From a virus (taxonomy: Duplodnaviria; Caudoviricetes): a stretch of 39,976 bases of DNA. Positions 9,461 to 18,621 of this stretch are shown piece by piece (position 1 is the stretch's first letter; every line of letters begins with the position of its first letter). Position numbers and translations under genes: made by a program. The notes beneath the pieces were generated by a model. The model saw nothing but the letters and a program-made list of their open reading frames with translations. It did not search any database and was not told where the DNA came from. The stretch lies in IMG/VR virus record IMGVR_UViG_3300005405_000055, positions 1-39,976 of that record, one strand, 5' to 3'.

Positions 9461-10709
9461 TATTCGTCCCCCCCGTTTCTTTTGCTCCAGCTCGCTTCAT
9501 CTGATACTCATTTATAAGTGACTTGTCTATATAATTAAGACTCTGGGTAATACGATCTCCGCCCTCTATAGGGGGATACCCGAGCAATGCCAATTTTTGA
9601 TTGTCCTTCAATAGGCCTTGTTCACCGGCTATCTTTAATAGCTCTAACTTAGCTTTTGTGCTTAAATACATCATGTCTTTTTGGTAAAAAACTATTTCAT
9701 TTCCTACATCTAGTTCCCGCGGGGTAAATACGGTCTTAGAAAAGGCCTGCCCCAGGGTGATGAGTAAAGGTTCCAACGTCTTCTCATAGAAAGCCTGGTA
9801 CTGTTCATCGGTAAAATCGCCTGTTAGAATCGGTACCGATACGCCATAATAGTTCAATACCTTGCTTTGTAAAAATTCTAGGGTATCTTTATCAATTAAC
9901 TTAGGATCCGGTTTAAGCGGAATGTAATCGCCTTTAAGGTCCAGGGCAACTATGCCAGAATTCCCGGATGCAATTGCCATTTCAAGCCGTTCCCGTTCCT
10001 TCTGCTGTTTATCGTCATCCAGCATGGTGTTTATTCTTAATATTCCTCTTATAGAAAGGCTGGTTTTTATGGCTTTTTCTAGCCCCTGTAAAACTGTGTC
10101 ATTTGTTTGCAGGACTTTCAAAAGCGCCTGATTGTCAGGCTGCCCTGAAAGGCCCCCGCCCATAATGTCATTCATCGAATATTTCTTCCGCAGGTGTATA
10201 ACATCTGAATAGGCTAACGTGTATTTATCCCCGCTGGCAAAATGCAGCTCTACGAATAATTGTCTTGTTGGATCCTGTAAGAAAGTAACCTGTGACGGAT
10301 TCAGCGGATAAAAGGCGGTGTAGTTCCGAGTATAGCCGCCCTTTCCGTCCGGTATTAGATTAAATACCGGATAAATAAAGGCATTGTAGTTCATATACAG
10401 TAGCCAGATTACCTTTTCAATAAAGTCGCGAGTAGTCATGAGCTCGTTTGGTGCAAATTTAAACAGCCGATTAAAGCTGCCTTTGACATTTACCTGCATG
10501 CCATTATTATCAGTCCTTATATGTCTAGGCTGAAGCTTGCTGCACTCGCTAGCTATTACATCTATGCACATCTGGACAACATCCGAAGCATAAATATTCT
10601 GCCCGAACATAGAAAAAACGGGTACATACCCGTTAAGCATTTTTGCATATTCCATCTGCGTTCGGCTGTACTTCGAGAATATATTTTTCAACATGTCTTT
10701 TAAAGCCAC
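9444..10709 (-). CDS. Portal protein, HK97 family
   Basis: 421 aa; PNELMT..DF, DVIHLR and FYEKTLEP motifs; between TerL and protease. Confidence 0.92.
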   Translation of the reverse strand: MALKDMLKNIFSKYSRTQMEYAKMLNGYVPVFSMFGQNIYASDVVQMCIDVIASECSKLQPRHIRTDNNGMQVNVKGSFNRLFKFAPNELMTTRDFIEKVIWLLYMNYNAFIYPVFNLIPDGKGGYTRNYTAFYPLNPSQVTFLQDPTRQLFVELHFASGDKYTLAYSDVIHLRKKYSMNDIMGGGLSGQPDNQALLKVLQTNDTVLQGLEKAIKTSLSIRGILRINTMLDDDKQQKERERLEMAIASGNSGIVALDLKGDYIPLKPDPKLIDKDTLEFLQSKVLNYYGVSVPILTGDFTDEQYQAFYEKTLEPLLITLGQAFSKTVFTPRELDVGNEIVFYQKDMMYLSTKAKLELLKIAGEQGLLKDNQKLALLGYPPIEGGDRITQSLNYIDKSLINEYQMKRAGAKETGGTNNEQTN

Positions 10710-10734
10710 TTCATCACCTCACAATCTAAGGAAC

Positions 10735-12495
10735 TTATGCCTGCCTCTTAACTAACTCAAGGAACTCCGTCCTATTATCAATGTAAATACGATAAGCAAT
10801 AATCATGGTAACGCTTCCATCTATTTTTTTATCATCTTTACCTTGGATTTTCACAGGCATAATTTCCATTTTGGAATTCATATTAAGCGCTGTATTTTCC
10901 AGGCAATACTTGTCAATCGGGTTATCGTTATAATTAATAAGGTTGCTCTGCAAATCGCGCTCGACAAGACGCATAGGCTCTGACATGCTACCAAACTCCT
11001 GGGCTACTCTTTTGCATTCAAAACCGAAATCTTCTTCCATTTCCTTGACCCAATATATAGCACTCCACTTGTCATAGCCCGTTTTATAAAACTTAATTCC
11101 ATAGCCTTTATATAATCCAACAAACCACGCAGTAACTAATCTAAAGTCGTTTTCATTCCCAGGTGAAACGGTTATTAAACCTTGCCTTATCCATTCTTTG
11201 AACTTGGGCAAATCTTCTTTAGGCAAATTTTCAAGCTTCGATTCTGGAACAAAGTACTGTTGCAGCATGTACTTTTTACTGCTCCCATGTTTCATCATCA
11301 TGGCTCTTGCGCTTGCAAGGTCTCCAGACTTTGACAAGTCCACCGCCCCTATCGCAAAGCAGTTTCGGAATTCTTCTATGTCAAACACTTCCGGGTTGTT
11401 AATATCTTCTGCTGTCAGCCAGGCCGTAGCGTTGTTCTGTTTTATGTTAAAGTCTTTAGCCAAGACAAAGGCCCTGGTTGATTTACTGGTTTTCGCCTCC
11501 TCTGTCATCTGCCTGAGGTAGCTCCACTTTTTAATTGTTCCTAACCCGGGATTACTTTTGGTCCAGGTTTTTTCATCCTGCCATATTTCAGTCTCGTTAT
11601 CCTGAGTATAGATCCATATAAGCCAGCGTGGCCGTTCTAGTTCTCCATCCAAAACCTGCCGCGCCTCTTTTATGCGGTGATCAAGATAGCCATCATTAGT
11701 GAACCCTTCGGTAGTTAGTTCAAAGTATAGTGGCTCATCCTGGGTAGATAAAGCCTGCCGTATTGGCATGATTGATGTATCATCTTTGAGCTCATGCACC
11801 TCGTCAAAGGATCCGATACCAATATTGCGGCCCTCTTTTGCCCCAGTTTTGGATGATATCTTACGGATATTACCCTTGTTTTTATATGAAAACTTGCCGG
11901 TACTCTTTGGCTTCTTAGGGTTACCAAAGAATATCCCTTTAATATTTTTCCTAGTTACCTTACTTACTGCTGGGCTTTCCTCTCGCATTGCAGCGATGGC
12001 TTGGAACATGAGGTCCGCCTGCTCGTAATCATTGGATGAGCATAGTATTTTGATACCTTTAGGGCCACAAAAAAACTCCGCCAGGTCGATAGCTGCGACC
12101 AACGGAGTCTTACCATTTTTACGCCCAATCAGTAGAAGAATATCTTGATATTTCCTTACCCAATGCCCAACTTCATCGTCGTATATCTTGAATATATAAA
12201 TAGCTTCGATAAAAGCCTTCTGAAATAACATTAAGATAAATGGCTTGCCGGCAAATGGTGCCTCGTAGTGTTTACACTGTGTTTCAATAAACTTAATGCG
12301 TTTATGAGCATCCTCAAATTCTATCTTTATGCTAGGGTCCTTAAAGTTGTCCAATAACATATCCAGCTGCTGCATCAGCTCATGGCCGATAATTATCTCA
12401 CCCGATTTACATTTACCTATGTATTCGAGCAACCATAAGTGTACATCAGCGCAAGGAACGCCAGCGTTATATATACCATTCGTGAGGTCAATCAT
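10735..12495 (-). CDS. terL: Terminase large subunit
   Basis: Walker A GRKNGKT, Walker B FDEVHE, nuclease AVDLS..GDL and KIDG motifs. Confidence 0.95.
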   Translation of the reverse strand: MIDLTNGIYNAGVPCADVHLWLLEYIGKCKSGEIIIGHELMQQLDMLLDNFKDPSIKIEFEDAHKRIKFIETQCKHYEAPFAGKPFILMLFQKAFIEAIYIFKIYDDEVGHWVRKYQDILLLIGRKNGKTPLVAAIDLAEFFCGPKGIKILCSSNDYEQADLMFQAIAAMREESPAVSKVTRKNIKGIFFGNPKKPKSTGKFSYKNKGNIRKISSKTGAKEGRNIGIGSFDEVHELKDDTSIMPIRQALSTQDEPLYFELTTEGFTNDGYLDHRIKEARQVLDGELERPRWLIWIYTQDNETEIWQDEKTWTKSNPGLGTIKKWSYLRQMTEEAKTSKSTRAFVLAKDFNIKQNNATAWLTAEDINNPEVFDIEEFRNCFAIGAVDLSKSGDLASARAMMMKHGSSKKYMLQQYFVPESKLENLPKEDLPKFKEWIRQGLITVSPGNENDFRLVTAWFVGLYKGYGIKFYKTGYDKWSAIYWVKEMEEDFGFECKRVAQEFGSMSEPMRLVERDLQSNLINYNDNPIDKYCLENTALNMNSKMEIMPVKIQGKDDKKIDGSVTMIIAYRIYIDNRTEFLELVKRQA

Positions 12496-12515
12496 TAATT
12501 ATCGCCTCTCGCTCC

Positions 12516-12842
12516 TTACTCAAATTCATCCAATTCATCATCAGGCTCTATAAGGTTTTTACTCAAGACCCCATTCAGTGTCTTAATAACCACTGCGTAA
12601 CTATTTACGTTCTTCAAGTATTGTTTTGCTGCTTCCACCGGTTTCTGGATCTCCGGGTGCTCAGGATGAGCTTTGACCATACCTGTTGCAGTGATCACCT
12701 GTTTAAGTGCATGATTTTCAGCTTTTAGGAAAGCTGCGTCCTCGATGAGGCCTTCAACCAGGTTTGCCTTGGATGGCTCTACATCTTTAAATATATCTTT
12801 AAGTTTTGCCAGTTCTTTTTGGTATACCTCGTGTCTTGACAT
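12516..12842 (-). CDS. Terminase small subunit (P27-like)
   Basis: LIEDAAFL...L...I...G motif and acidic DDELDEFE end; directly upstream of TerL. Start taken at ATG 12842 (track start 12860). Confidence 0.75.
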   Translation of the reverse strand: MSRHEVYQKELAKLKDIFKDVEPSKANLVEGLIEDAAFLKAENHALKQVITATGMVKAHPEHPEIQKPVEAAKQYLKNVNSYAVVIKTLNGVLSKNLIEPDDELDEFE

Positions 12843-12946
12843 ATTTGTAAAAGCCTCCATAGATTTTCAAAATTTTCGGTTTGTGTGCGAAAAGGGTATT
12901 AAGGCGCGGTCCTGGTGAAAACCACCCTTTTTCTTTGACGGGGGGG

Positions 12947-13630
12947 CTATGCCACGTACTCCTCAAACCATTTCCTAATGTATCCGGCCCATTCATCCCG
13001 CCGGTACCGCCTCGCCTCATCAAGCTCAAGTCTCCGTAAGCATTCATCTATGCTCACATCACAGAATATAAGTTCAGCTCCCAGATTATCGGCCAGCTTT
13101 TCCCGCTTGTATCGATCAGCATAACCACCAATAACCCAGGCGTTGTTCCATTTACCATACCTAGTCTTGATATTATCCAGCAGCTGATTGTGTATCCCTC
13201 TTACATTGGCTAGTAAATTATCCGGTTTATCATAACCAGGTAGCATTGATACCGCAGCATAAAGCCTATCCATATCAATAACCAGATCGCCACGATGCAT
13301 ATGCTCCCTTACATATGTTTTCTTTCCGGCCAGTGGCGGTCCATAAACAATACAAACCTCCTTGGTTGGTCGATATCCAAACCTCTTATGAATCTGATTA
13401 TGGCATTCATGATGCACAACTAGTATATTGTCAGGATTAAGGGCAATGGTTACATCATGGACATTCTCCGGCGTCAGCTCGTTTATGTGATGAAGGGTTA
13501 ATTCTGCAGCTGTCAATACTAACTGTCCACAATGCTCACATCGTAGGCTGCGTTGGTTAATGATCAGCATTCTGAACTTCTGCCAGGCCTCGCTAGCATA
13601 GAAGCTCTTTAATATCGCGTATTTAGCCAT
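12947..13630 (-). CDS. HNH endonuclease with C-terminal P-loop domain
   Basis: CEHCG...LHH...N...HHECHNQIH HNH motif, then VYGPPLAGKKT P-loop. Confidence 0.85.
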   Translation of the reverse strand: MAKYAILKSFYASEAWQKFRMLIINQRSLRCEHCGQLVLTAAELTLHHINELTPENVHDVTIALNPDNILVVHHECHNQIHKRFGYRPTKEVCIVYGPPLAGKKTYVREHMHRGDLVIDMDRLYAAVSMLPGYDKPDNLLANVRGIHNQLLDNIKTRYGKWNNAWVIGGYADRYKREKLADNLGAELIFCDVSIDECLRRLELDEARRYRRDEWAGYIRKWFEEYVA

Positions 13631-13631
13631 A

Positions 13632-14444
13632 TTAAAACACCTTCATCTTGTCAATTTCTTTCGCATGCTCTAAACGCTCACGTTCCAACCTAAGCTTCTC
13701 TTCTTCAATCCTACGTTTATGCACATCAGGTAGTAAATCCAGATATTTCTCTAACTTCTCCAGGGCCTTCATCTTGTCATGGAGCTTAATACTTACTCCA
13801 CTTTTCCCCTGCCTTATTTCTTGGATGACAGTACCATCAACCTGATCTTTATCAATCAAGTCAACGGTATTTATTTTTCGTTTTATTGGTTCTCCACCGC
13901 GACTAACCCCTACTAAGATTTCCTTTTGCCCAAATTCAATGTAGTCAGATAAGTCTGCAAAGGCAATCTTTAAGTATTCAAGTAACACTCGCTGGGAAGT
14001 AATCCCCAGGTTCATCGTGACCAGATCCATCTGGCGTTTTATTTCTACCTGAACTGAAGTTTTCTGAAGTAACTGATAGCCTATTTGACTTGCTGTCTTT
14101 TTACTGTAACCCACAGCCATAGCGGCTCGAGTAGCATTATAATCTCTAAGATACTCAGCAACAAAAAGCACCTGTTTTTCGGTGAGCTCAGGTTCTTCGC
14201 AATTAATTTCTTTTTTGGTTTTTTTATCTGGCTTAAGGGAGCCCCTCTTATTAGTAACGTTACCTTTCGCCATTGATAACGTTACTTTTTCTATCTCATC
14301 CCAGTTGTCCTGACTCTTCCACTTTCGGATCTGGGTATCGGATACACCAAGAGCAGTAGCGATATTCTTCAATTTAACGGTCCCGCAACTGCTCTTCCAC
14401 ATTTCATATGCTTGTTTACGTTTATCGCTCTTCTGCCTGGGCAT
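13632..14444 (-). CDS. Second terminase small subunit-like protein (N-terminal HTH plus Terminase_2-like domain)
   Basis: LKNIATALGVSDTQIRKWKSQDNW HTH; LTEKQVLFVAEYL.DYNATRAA..VGYSKKTA motif. Start taken at ATG 14444. Confidence 0.85.
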   Translation of the reverse strand: MPRQKSDKRKQAYEMWKSSCGTVKLKNIATALGVSDTQIRKWKSQDNWDEIEKVTLSMAKGNVTNKRGSLKPDKKTKKEINCEEPELTEKQVLFVAEYLRDYNATRAAMAVGYSKKTASQIGYQLLQKTSVQVEIKRQMDLVTMNLGITSQRVLLEYLKIAFADLSDYIEFGQKEILVGVSRGGEPIKRKINTVDLIDKDQVDGTVIQEIRQGKSGVSIKLHDKMKALEKLEKYLDLLPDVHKRRIEEEKLRLERERLEHAKEIDKMKVF

Positions 14445-14485
14445 TACATATTCACCCACCTCCCCCAATGAAATTTAGTAAGTAT

Positions 14486-14737
14486 CTATAGATCATCTTT
14501 CTGAAGTTCCAAGTCAATTTCAATAAGCTTTTTCAGATCATCCACTGTCTGAATTTTTATAAGACCAACCTGAAAGTCTTTAACCCACTGTGCAATTGCT
14601 GCTTGTATTACCCTACGGTATTTGGTCTTAGATTCCATAATCTCTTTAAGAACCCCAAGTTCGTGTTCGAGTAGTAATTCCTCTTCAATACCCCCTGAAC
14701 ATTTGTTCGTTTTTCTTATTGCAGTCACCCCCAACAT
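14486..14737 (-). CDS. Hypothetical protein (~80 aa, helical)
   Basis: Open frame co-oriented with the packaging operon; start uncertain (GGGGGTG RBS-like motif at about 14726-14732). Confidence 0.65.
   Translation of the reverse strand: MLGVTAIRKTNKCSGGIEEELLLEHELGVLKEIMESKTKYRRVIQAAIAQWVKDFQVGLIKIQTVDDLKKLIEIDLELQKDDL
14697..14708. promoter_or_regulatory. LexA/DinR SOS box (Gram-positive GAAC-N4-GTTC)
   Basis: GAACATTTGTTC; minus strand CGAACAAATGTTCA fits CGAACRNRYGTTYC except at the last base. The same 12-mer occurs at 38095. Confidence 0.55.
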
Positions 14738-14754
14738 TCTTATAGAATGGGAAA

Positions 14755-14857
14755 AGAGATAGTGCTTTTTCTCATCCGCGGCCGCGGGGTCACACTATCT
14801 CTCTGCGCCAGGGGTAACCTGGTTAAAGGGAGGATGTTGCTGCATCCTCCCTTTAAC
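14755..14857 (+). ncRNA. Candidate structured small RNA (three hairpins)
   Basis: AGAGATAGTG/CACTATCTCT stem enclosing palindrome CCGCGGCCGCGG; CCAGG-GGTAA-CCTGG; a perfect 15-bp stem at 14822-14857; upstream TTGCAG-18-TAGAAT. Confidence 0.45.
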
Positions 14858-14943
14858 ACTTCTGCCCGTTAGTTATTGATGATGGTATAATACTAATAAG
14901 TTGGTAGGTTAAGACCATCTTATTTATTAAAGGAGGTCATGGT

Positions 14944-15144
14944 ATGGCAAAAAGAAAATGGACAAATGAAGAAATTACAGAATACAGAAAAAATAAAGGT
15001 TCTATTTTCTACTATAATAAGGAGGATTCCAACTTCCTTGTTCCAAAAGCATGCGGATTTGGTTCAACACTTAATTGGGCAAACCCAATTTCGTGGATAG
15101 TTGCTTTAGCAATTCTTGGTGCCATTATTTATCAAATTATTTAA
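14944..15144 (+). CDS. DUF5808-like small membrane protein (moron, opposite strand)
   Basis: FYYNKEDSNFLVPK..GFGSTLNWANP motif plus C-terminal TM helix; AAGGAGG RBS; TGGTATAAT extended -10 at about 14883-14891. Confidence 0.75.
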   Translation: MAKRKWTNEEITEYRKNKGSIFYYNKEDSNFLVPKACGFGSTLNWANPISWIVALAILGAIIYQII

Positions 15145-15181
15145 ATAACAATACTTAAATAAAGATAGCCCCAACTCTTAT

Positions 15182-16522
15182 CTAATTGTTTACCTTTATG
15201 CCCTTCTGTCCAGTGAATTCTTCCCACCTGTGAACAATGACATCGCAATATACCGGATCCAGTTCCAGGCCATAACATATTCGTCCTGTCTGTTCAGCAG
15301 CTATTAATGTGGAGCCGCTCCCAAGGAAGCTATCTAAAATGATGTCTTCGCGCTTACTCGAATTTCTTATAGCCCGGGCACATAATGGTATAGGCTTCAT
15401 GGTCGGGTGTTCAGCATTACGCAATGGTTTATCAAACCGCCAAATTGTTGTCAATGAATCATCACCCTGGTTCAACACCTCATAGTCTGCTACCCGTATA
15501 GAAACTGTTTCAATTCCGTTAGAAAAAGTAATTATTTTACCTTCGTTATCTTCCCGAACTGTTATACCTTCGGACTCATCGATTATAGTACTCTGTTTTC
15601 GTCCTCCATACCATTTGTGCTTAGCGCCAGGTTTCCAACCATACAAGATAGGTTCATGTCTTGCTTGATAGTCCATCCTACCAATAACGAACTGGTTCTT
15701 GACCCAGATGATACACTGCTTGACCAACCAGCCAGCATCTGCCAAGGCTGTTCTGAAATTAATCCCTTCACTCTCTGCATGGCAAATATAAAAGGCTCCG
15801 CCCGGTTCGGTTGCCCTTAGCATGTTTAAAAATGAAGCCCGGAGAAATTTATAAAACTCATCCGGGCTCATCTTGTCATTCATGATTTTTAGTTTGTCTT
15901 TGGTACCACCGGTATAATCAACGTTATAAGGTGGATCAGTGAATACCATACTGGCCTGACTACCGTCTATTAACTTGTCTACATCTGCCTGCGCCGTTGC
16001 ATCACCACACATTATCCGATGCCGCCCCAGTTGCCATATGTCCCCGGGATTCGTCTCCGGTTCAACTATACTTTCAATTGCTGCTTCGAGGTCGAAATTA
16101 TCTTCTTTTGCCTCAGGCTGAAACTGTTCAAAGATATCACCGATTTCCACAGTATCAAACCCAGTAAGCTCAATATCAAAAGCCCCGGTATTAAGTTCCT
16201 CTAAGAGTTCCTTCAACCGGGGCAAATCCCAATCACCACTTATTTTATTTAGAGCCAGATTAAGAGCCTTTTCTTTATCTTCTGGGAGATCAACAACCGA
16301 GACTTCAACCTCTTCTCGGCCCAACTCCTGCAGGACCTTTAACCTCTGGTGGCCGCCAACTACGTTGCCAGTTCGTTGGTTCCATATGATAGGCTCAATG
16401 TAGTCAAATTCCAGAATAGACTTTTTAAGCTTTTCGTATTCCGGATCCCCACGCTGCAAATCTTTACGAGGATTATATTGGGTAGGATTTAGCTCAGATA
16501 TGGCCTTTAATATAACATTCAA
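15182..16522 (-). CDS. ParB-like N-terminal domain fused to N6/N4 DNA methyltransferase
   Basis: YNPRK...VVGGHQRL ParB-like part; DPPY, HPTMKP and DSFLGSGST motifs. TTG start at 16522 after GGGGAGAG. Confidence 0.92.
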   Translation of the reverse strand: MNVILKAISELNPTQYNPRKDLQRGDPEYEKLKKSILEFDYIEPIIWNQRTGNVVGGHQRLKVLQELGREEVEVSVVDLPEDKEKALNLALNKISGDWDLPRLKELLEELNTGAFDIELTGFDTVEIGDIFEQFQPEAKEDNFDLEAAIESIVEPETNPGDIWQLGRHRIMCGDATAQADVDKLIDGSQASMVFTDPPYNVDYTGGTKDKLKIMNDKMSPDEFYKFLRASFLNMLRATEPGGAFYICHAESEGINFRTALADAGWLVKQCIIWVKNQFVIGRMDYQARHEPILYGWKPGAKHKWYGGRKQSTIIDESEGITVREDNEGKIITFSNGIETVSIRVADYEVLNQGDDSLTTIWRFDKPLRNAEHPTMKPIPLCARAIRNSSKREDIILDSFLGSGSTLIAAEQTGRICYGLELDPVYCDVIVHRWEEFTGQKGIKVNN

Positions 16523-16641
16523 TTTAATATCTCTCCCCCAAAAAAGCAATAGAGCCCAAAGGCTCTAAATAAAGCGTATTATATATTCAACATTCTAGCA
16601 ATTAACCACGGATTACTCAGCTTTTAAATTATGCATCTCAT

Positions 16642-16812
16642 TTATTGAGTTATACCTTTTCCAGACCTTTTCCCTCTTCCTACCCGAATATACTTTTTAA
16701 CCCCACGCCCTTTTTCTAAAGCACTAAAAGCTGCTTTCCCCATCTCTTTTCTATAACTATCCATTTCTTCGTTACTGATGTATCTAGGCGCCGGCATAGT
16801 AACCATCTTCAT
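16642..16812 (-). CDS. Small basic hypothetical protein (56 aa)
   Basis: Manual translation MKMVTMPAPRYISNEEMDSYRKEMGK...GKGITQ*; AAGGTG RBS-like motif. Confidence 0.4.
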   Translation of the reverse strand: MKMVTMPAPRYISNEEMDSYRKEMGKAAFSALEKGRGVKKYIRVGRGKRSGKGITQ

Positions 16813-16825
16813 AAAAATCACACCT

Positions 16826-17605
16826 TTACTTAAATAATTTTGGTAAATTCCTATTTATAAAATAGCAAAAGTCATAAATTTCTTTTTGCCATAACTCATG
16901 ACCTTTAAGTGAAATGGATGCAGAATCCTTACTGTCGATTTGAATAACACTAGTGACCTGGTTGGTTTTATAATCTTTTATCGGAACACACATACAGAAT
17001 CCAAATCCACTTTTAATTCTATGATCAATATCGTAATCCTTGGAACTGTTCCTTAGGTCATCTTCCCATACTATTTTTGTTTGCTCGATTGCTTCGAACA
17101 TCATATTGAACGAACCGGGCGATATATTATAAGAAAACCTTGTATTAGCATCTTTACATAAAAATGAATAGCTACGCACAATAAACCTTTTGGATGACTG
17201 CCTCCCGTATAATTTATTCTTTACATGATTAATATATGATATTAGATTGTTTTCTGCAACCCCTATCCTAATATCAAGGTTTTTAGGGAATATATTGCCT
17301 TCTATCTTTGTTATTTTTCCCCTTATCATATGCAGGAAGGTTTCCGTATATTCCGTTACTAATTTATTCCTCTGTTGAGTGCAGCAATCTAATTTATAAC
17401 GATAATAGACTCGGCCAACTGCTAAAAAAACTACCGTATATGAAAATCCCAATAAAACCATTGCTAGTTTGCCCTTTTCATTTAAAATAATTGTAGCAAA
17501 CCACAAATTGTATTGTGAACGAGACAGTAGTCCAATAAATGTCAGAGAAATAGGAGTAATGATATTAAGAAATAATAAGCTGGCCTTCATCAATTTTTTG
17601 TTCAT
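16826..17605 (-). CDS. Membrane protein with C-terminal GAF-like domain (moron)
   Basis: Two N-terminal hydrophobic segments; CMCVPIKD...VTSVIQIDS GAF-like strand pair; AT-rich. Confidence 0.6.
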   Translation of the reverse strand: MNKKLMKASLLFLNIITPISLTFIGLLSRSQYNLWFATIILNEKGKLAMVLLGFSYTVVFLAVGRVYYRYKLDCCTQQRNKLVTEYTETFLHMIRGKITKIEGNIFPKNLDIRIGVAENNLISYINHVKNKLYGRQSSKRFIVRSYSFLCKDANTRFSYNISPGSFNMMFEAIEQTKIVWEDDLRNSSKDYDIDHRIKSGFGFCMCVPIKDYKTNQVTSVIQIDSKDSASISLKGHELWQKEIYDFCYFINRNLPKLFK

Positions 17606-17783
17606 AAAATTCTCGACTCCTTGGTTTCAACATATCTTTCAATATGTCTTAAAGAATATTCTACAAATGGTGAAATTACCCTTTTTTTATTTGCACTTTT
17701 TTATAAACTCCAAACACCATATCATAGAAAGCCGATCTGAACCTCAATATTTAGCCTGATCTCACGTGTTATCCCTCTAACAC

Positions 17784-17894
17784 AAAAAGCCGGTTCTTAC
17801 GAACTGGCCCTTGTGACACTTTTTCTATTATAAAAATCATATCATAGCAAATGGACACGTGAAAAGGACAACTTTTGGACACACTAAATGGACA
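17784..17894 (-). promoter_or_regulatory. Putative late promoter: activator-binding repeats, -10 box and downstream terminator hairpin
   Basis: Four GGACA repeats (17853, 17866, 17877, 17890); minus-strand TATAAT at 17827-17832; GCCAGTTC-GTAA-GAACCGGC-TTTTT hairpin. Confidence 0.6.
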
Positions 17895-18407
17895 TCATAG
17901 TGCATCAACCCCATATAATCTCACAGCCACTCTTCGCACTAATCTGCCGCGGTTTCTCCGCACCGTGCGAGGGTCGCAATTCAAGTTTTTGGCTACAGCT
18001 TCATCGTCTAATTGTTCAAAATATTTAGCCTCTAGTGCCCGATAATATGTATCACTTGTCAAGGGGGCAAGTGCATCCTCAATTAATTCTATTTCGTGTA
18101 CGTTCTTAGCAATAGTCGCCTCTATATCCTTTGCTAATGCATCAACTATTTCTTCTTCGGAAAGGCGCTGACCGCTGTATTTGAATCTGCAAATATCTTT
18201 ACTGCGTCCTTTCGTACCATGGTCTAACAGTTCTAGTAGGCTTTCTTTATCCTGGTCCACCTTTTCTCTAATATCCGGCAAGGCATATAGTCGACGTTCA
18301 GTGGCCTTGTAAGCATCAAATTTAGCCTGTTCAACCTGTACTGCTTGTTTTCTCCCTGCTTCAATACCTGCGTTAACCGCTTTTATTATTGCAGCTTCAA
18401 TGTTCAA
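17895..18407 (-). CDS. Late transcriptional activator (ArpU/RinA-like)
   Basis: C-terminal sigma4-like HTH (KYFEQLDDEAVAKNLNCDPRTVRR); last gene of the early/middle operon. Confidence 0.75.
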   Translation of the reverse strand: MNIEAAIIKAVNAGIEAGRKQAVQVEQAKFDAYKATERRLYALPDIREKVDQDKESLLELLDHGTKGRSKDICRFKYSGQRLSEEEIVDALAKDIEATIAKNVHEIELIEDALAPLTSDTYYRALEAKYFEQLDDEAVAKNLNCDPRTVRRNRGRLVRRVAVRLYGVDAL

Positions 18408-18439
18408 CTCCTTATCCCCTCCTGTCCAATCCCCTAAAT

Positions 18440-18610
18440 CTAGGCTCTCTTTCTGCTCTCCCCGTAATACTGCAGGTGCTTACATAAGCCGCTAGGGTTC
18501 TTCTGCTTTTCGGGATTAGTGCACCCCTTTTCCATCAAGACCTTCTTCGATAAATCAATTCCTAATAGCCAGCAATAGGCAACTGGCGCTGGTTTCTTTT
18601 GTTCAATCAC
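18440..18610 (-). CDS. Small Cys-containing hypothetical protein
   Basis: Fills the gap between DUF1064 and the activator; GTG at 18610. Confidence 0.4.
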   Translation of the reverse strand: MIEQKKPAPVAYCWLLGIDLSKKVLMEKGCTNPEKQKNPSGLCKHLQYYGESRKRA

Positions 18611-18621
18611 CCCGGCATATC

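Noticed and set aside
14747-14872. 41-codon plus-strand ORF across the hairpin region (possible type I toxin)
   Set aside because: No RBS, the ATG overlaps the putative -10 box, and it lacks a clear TM helix.
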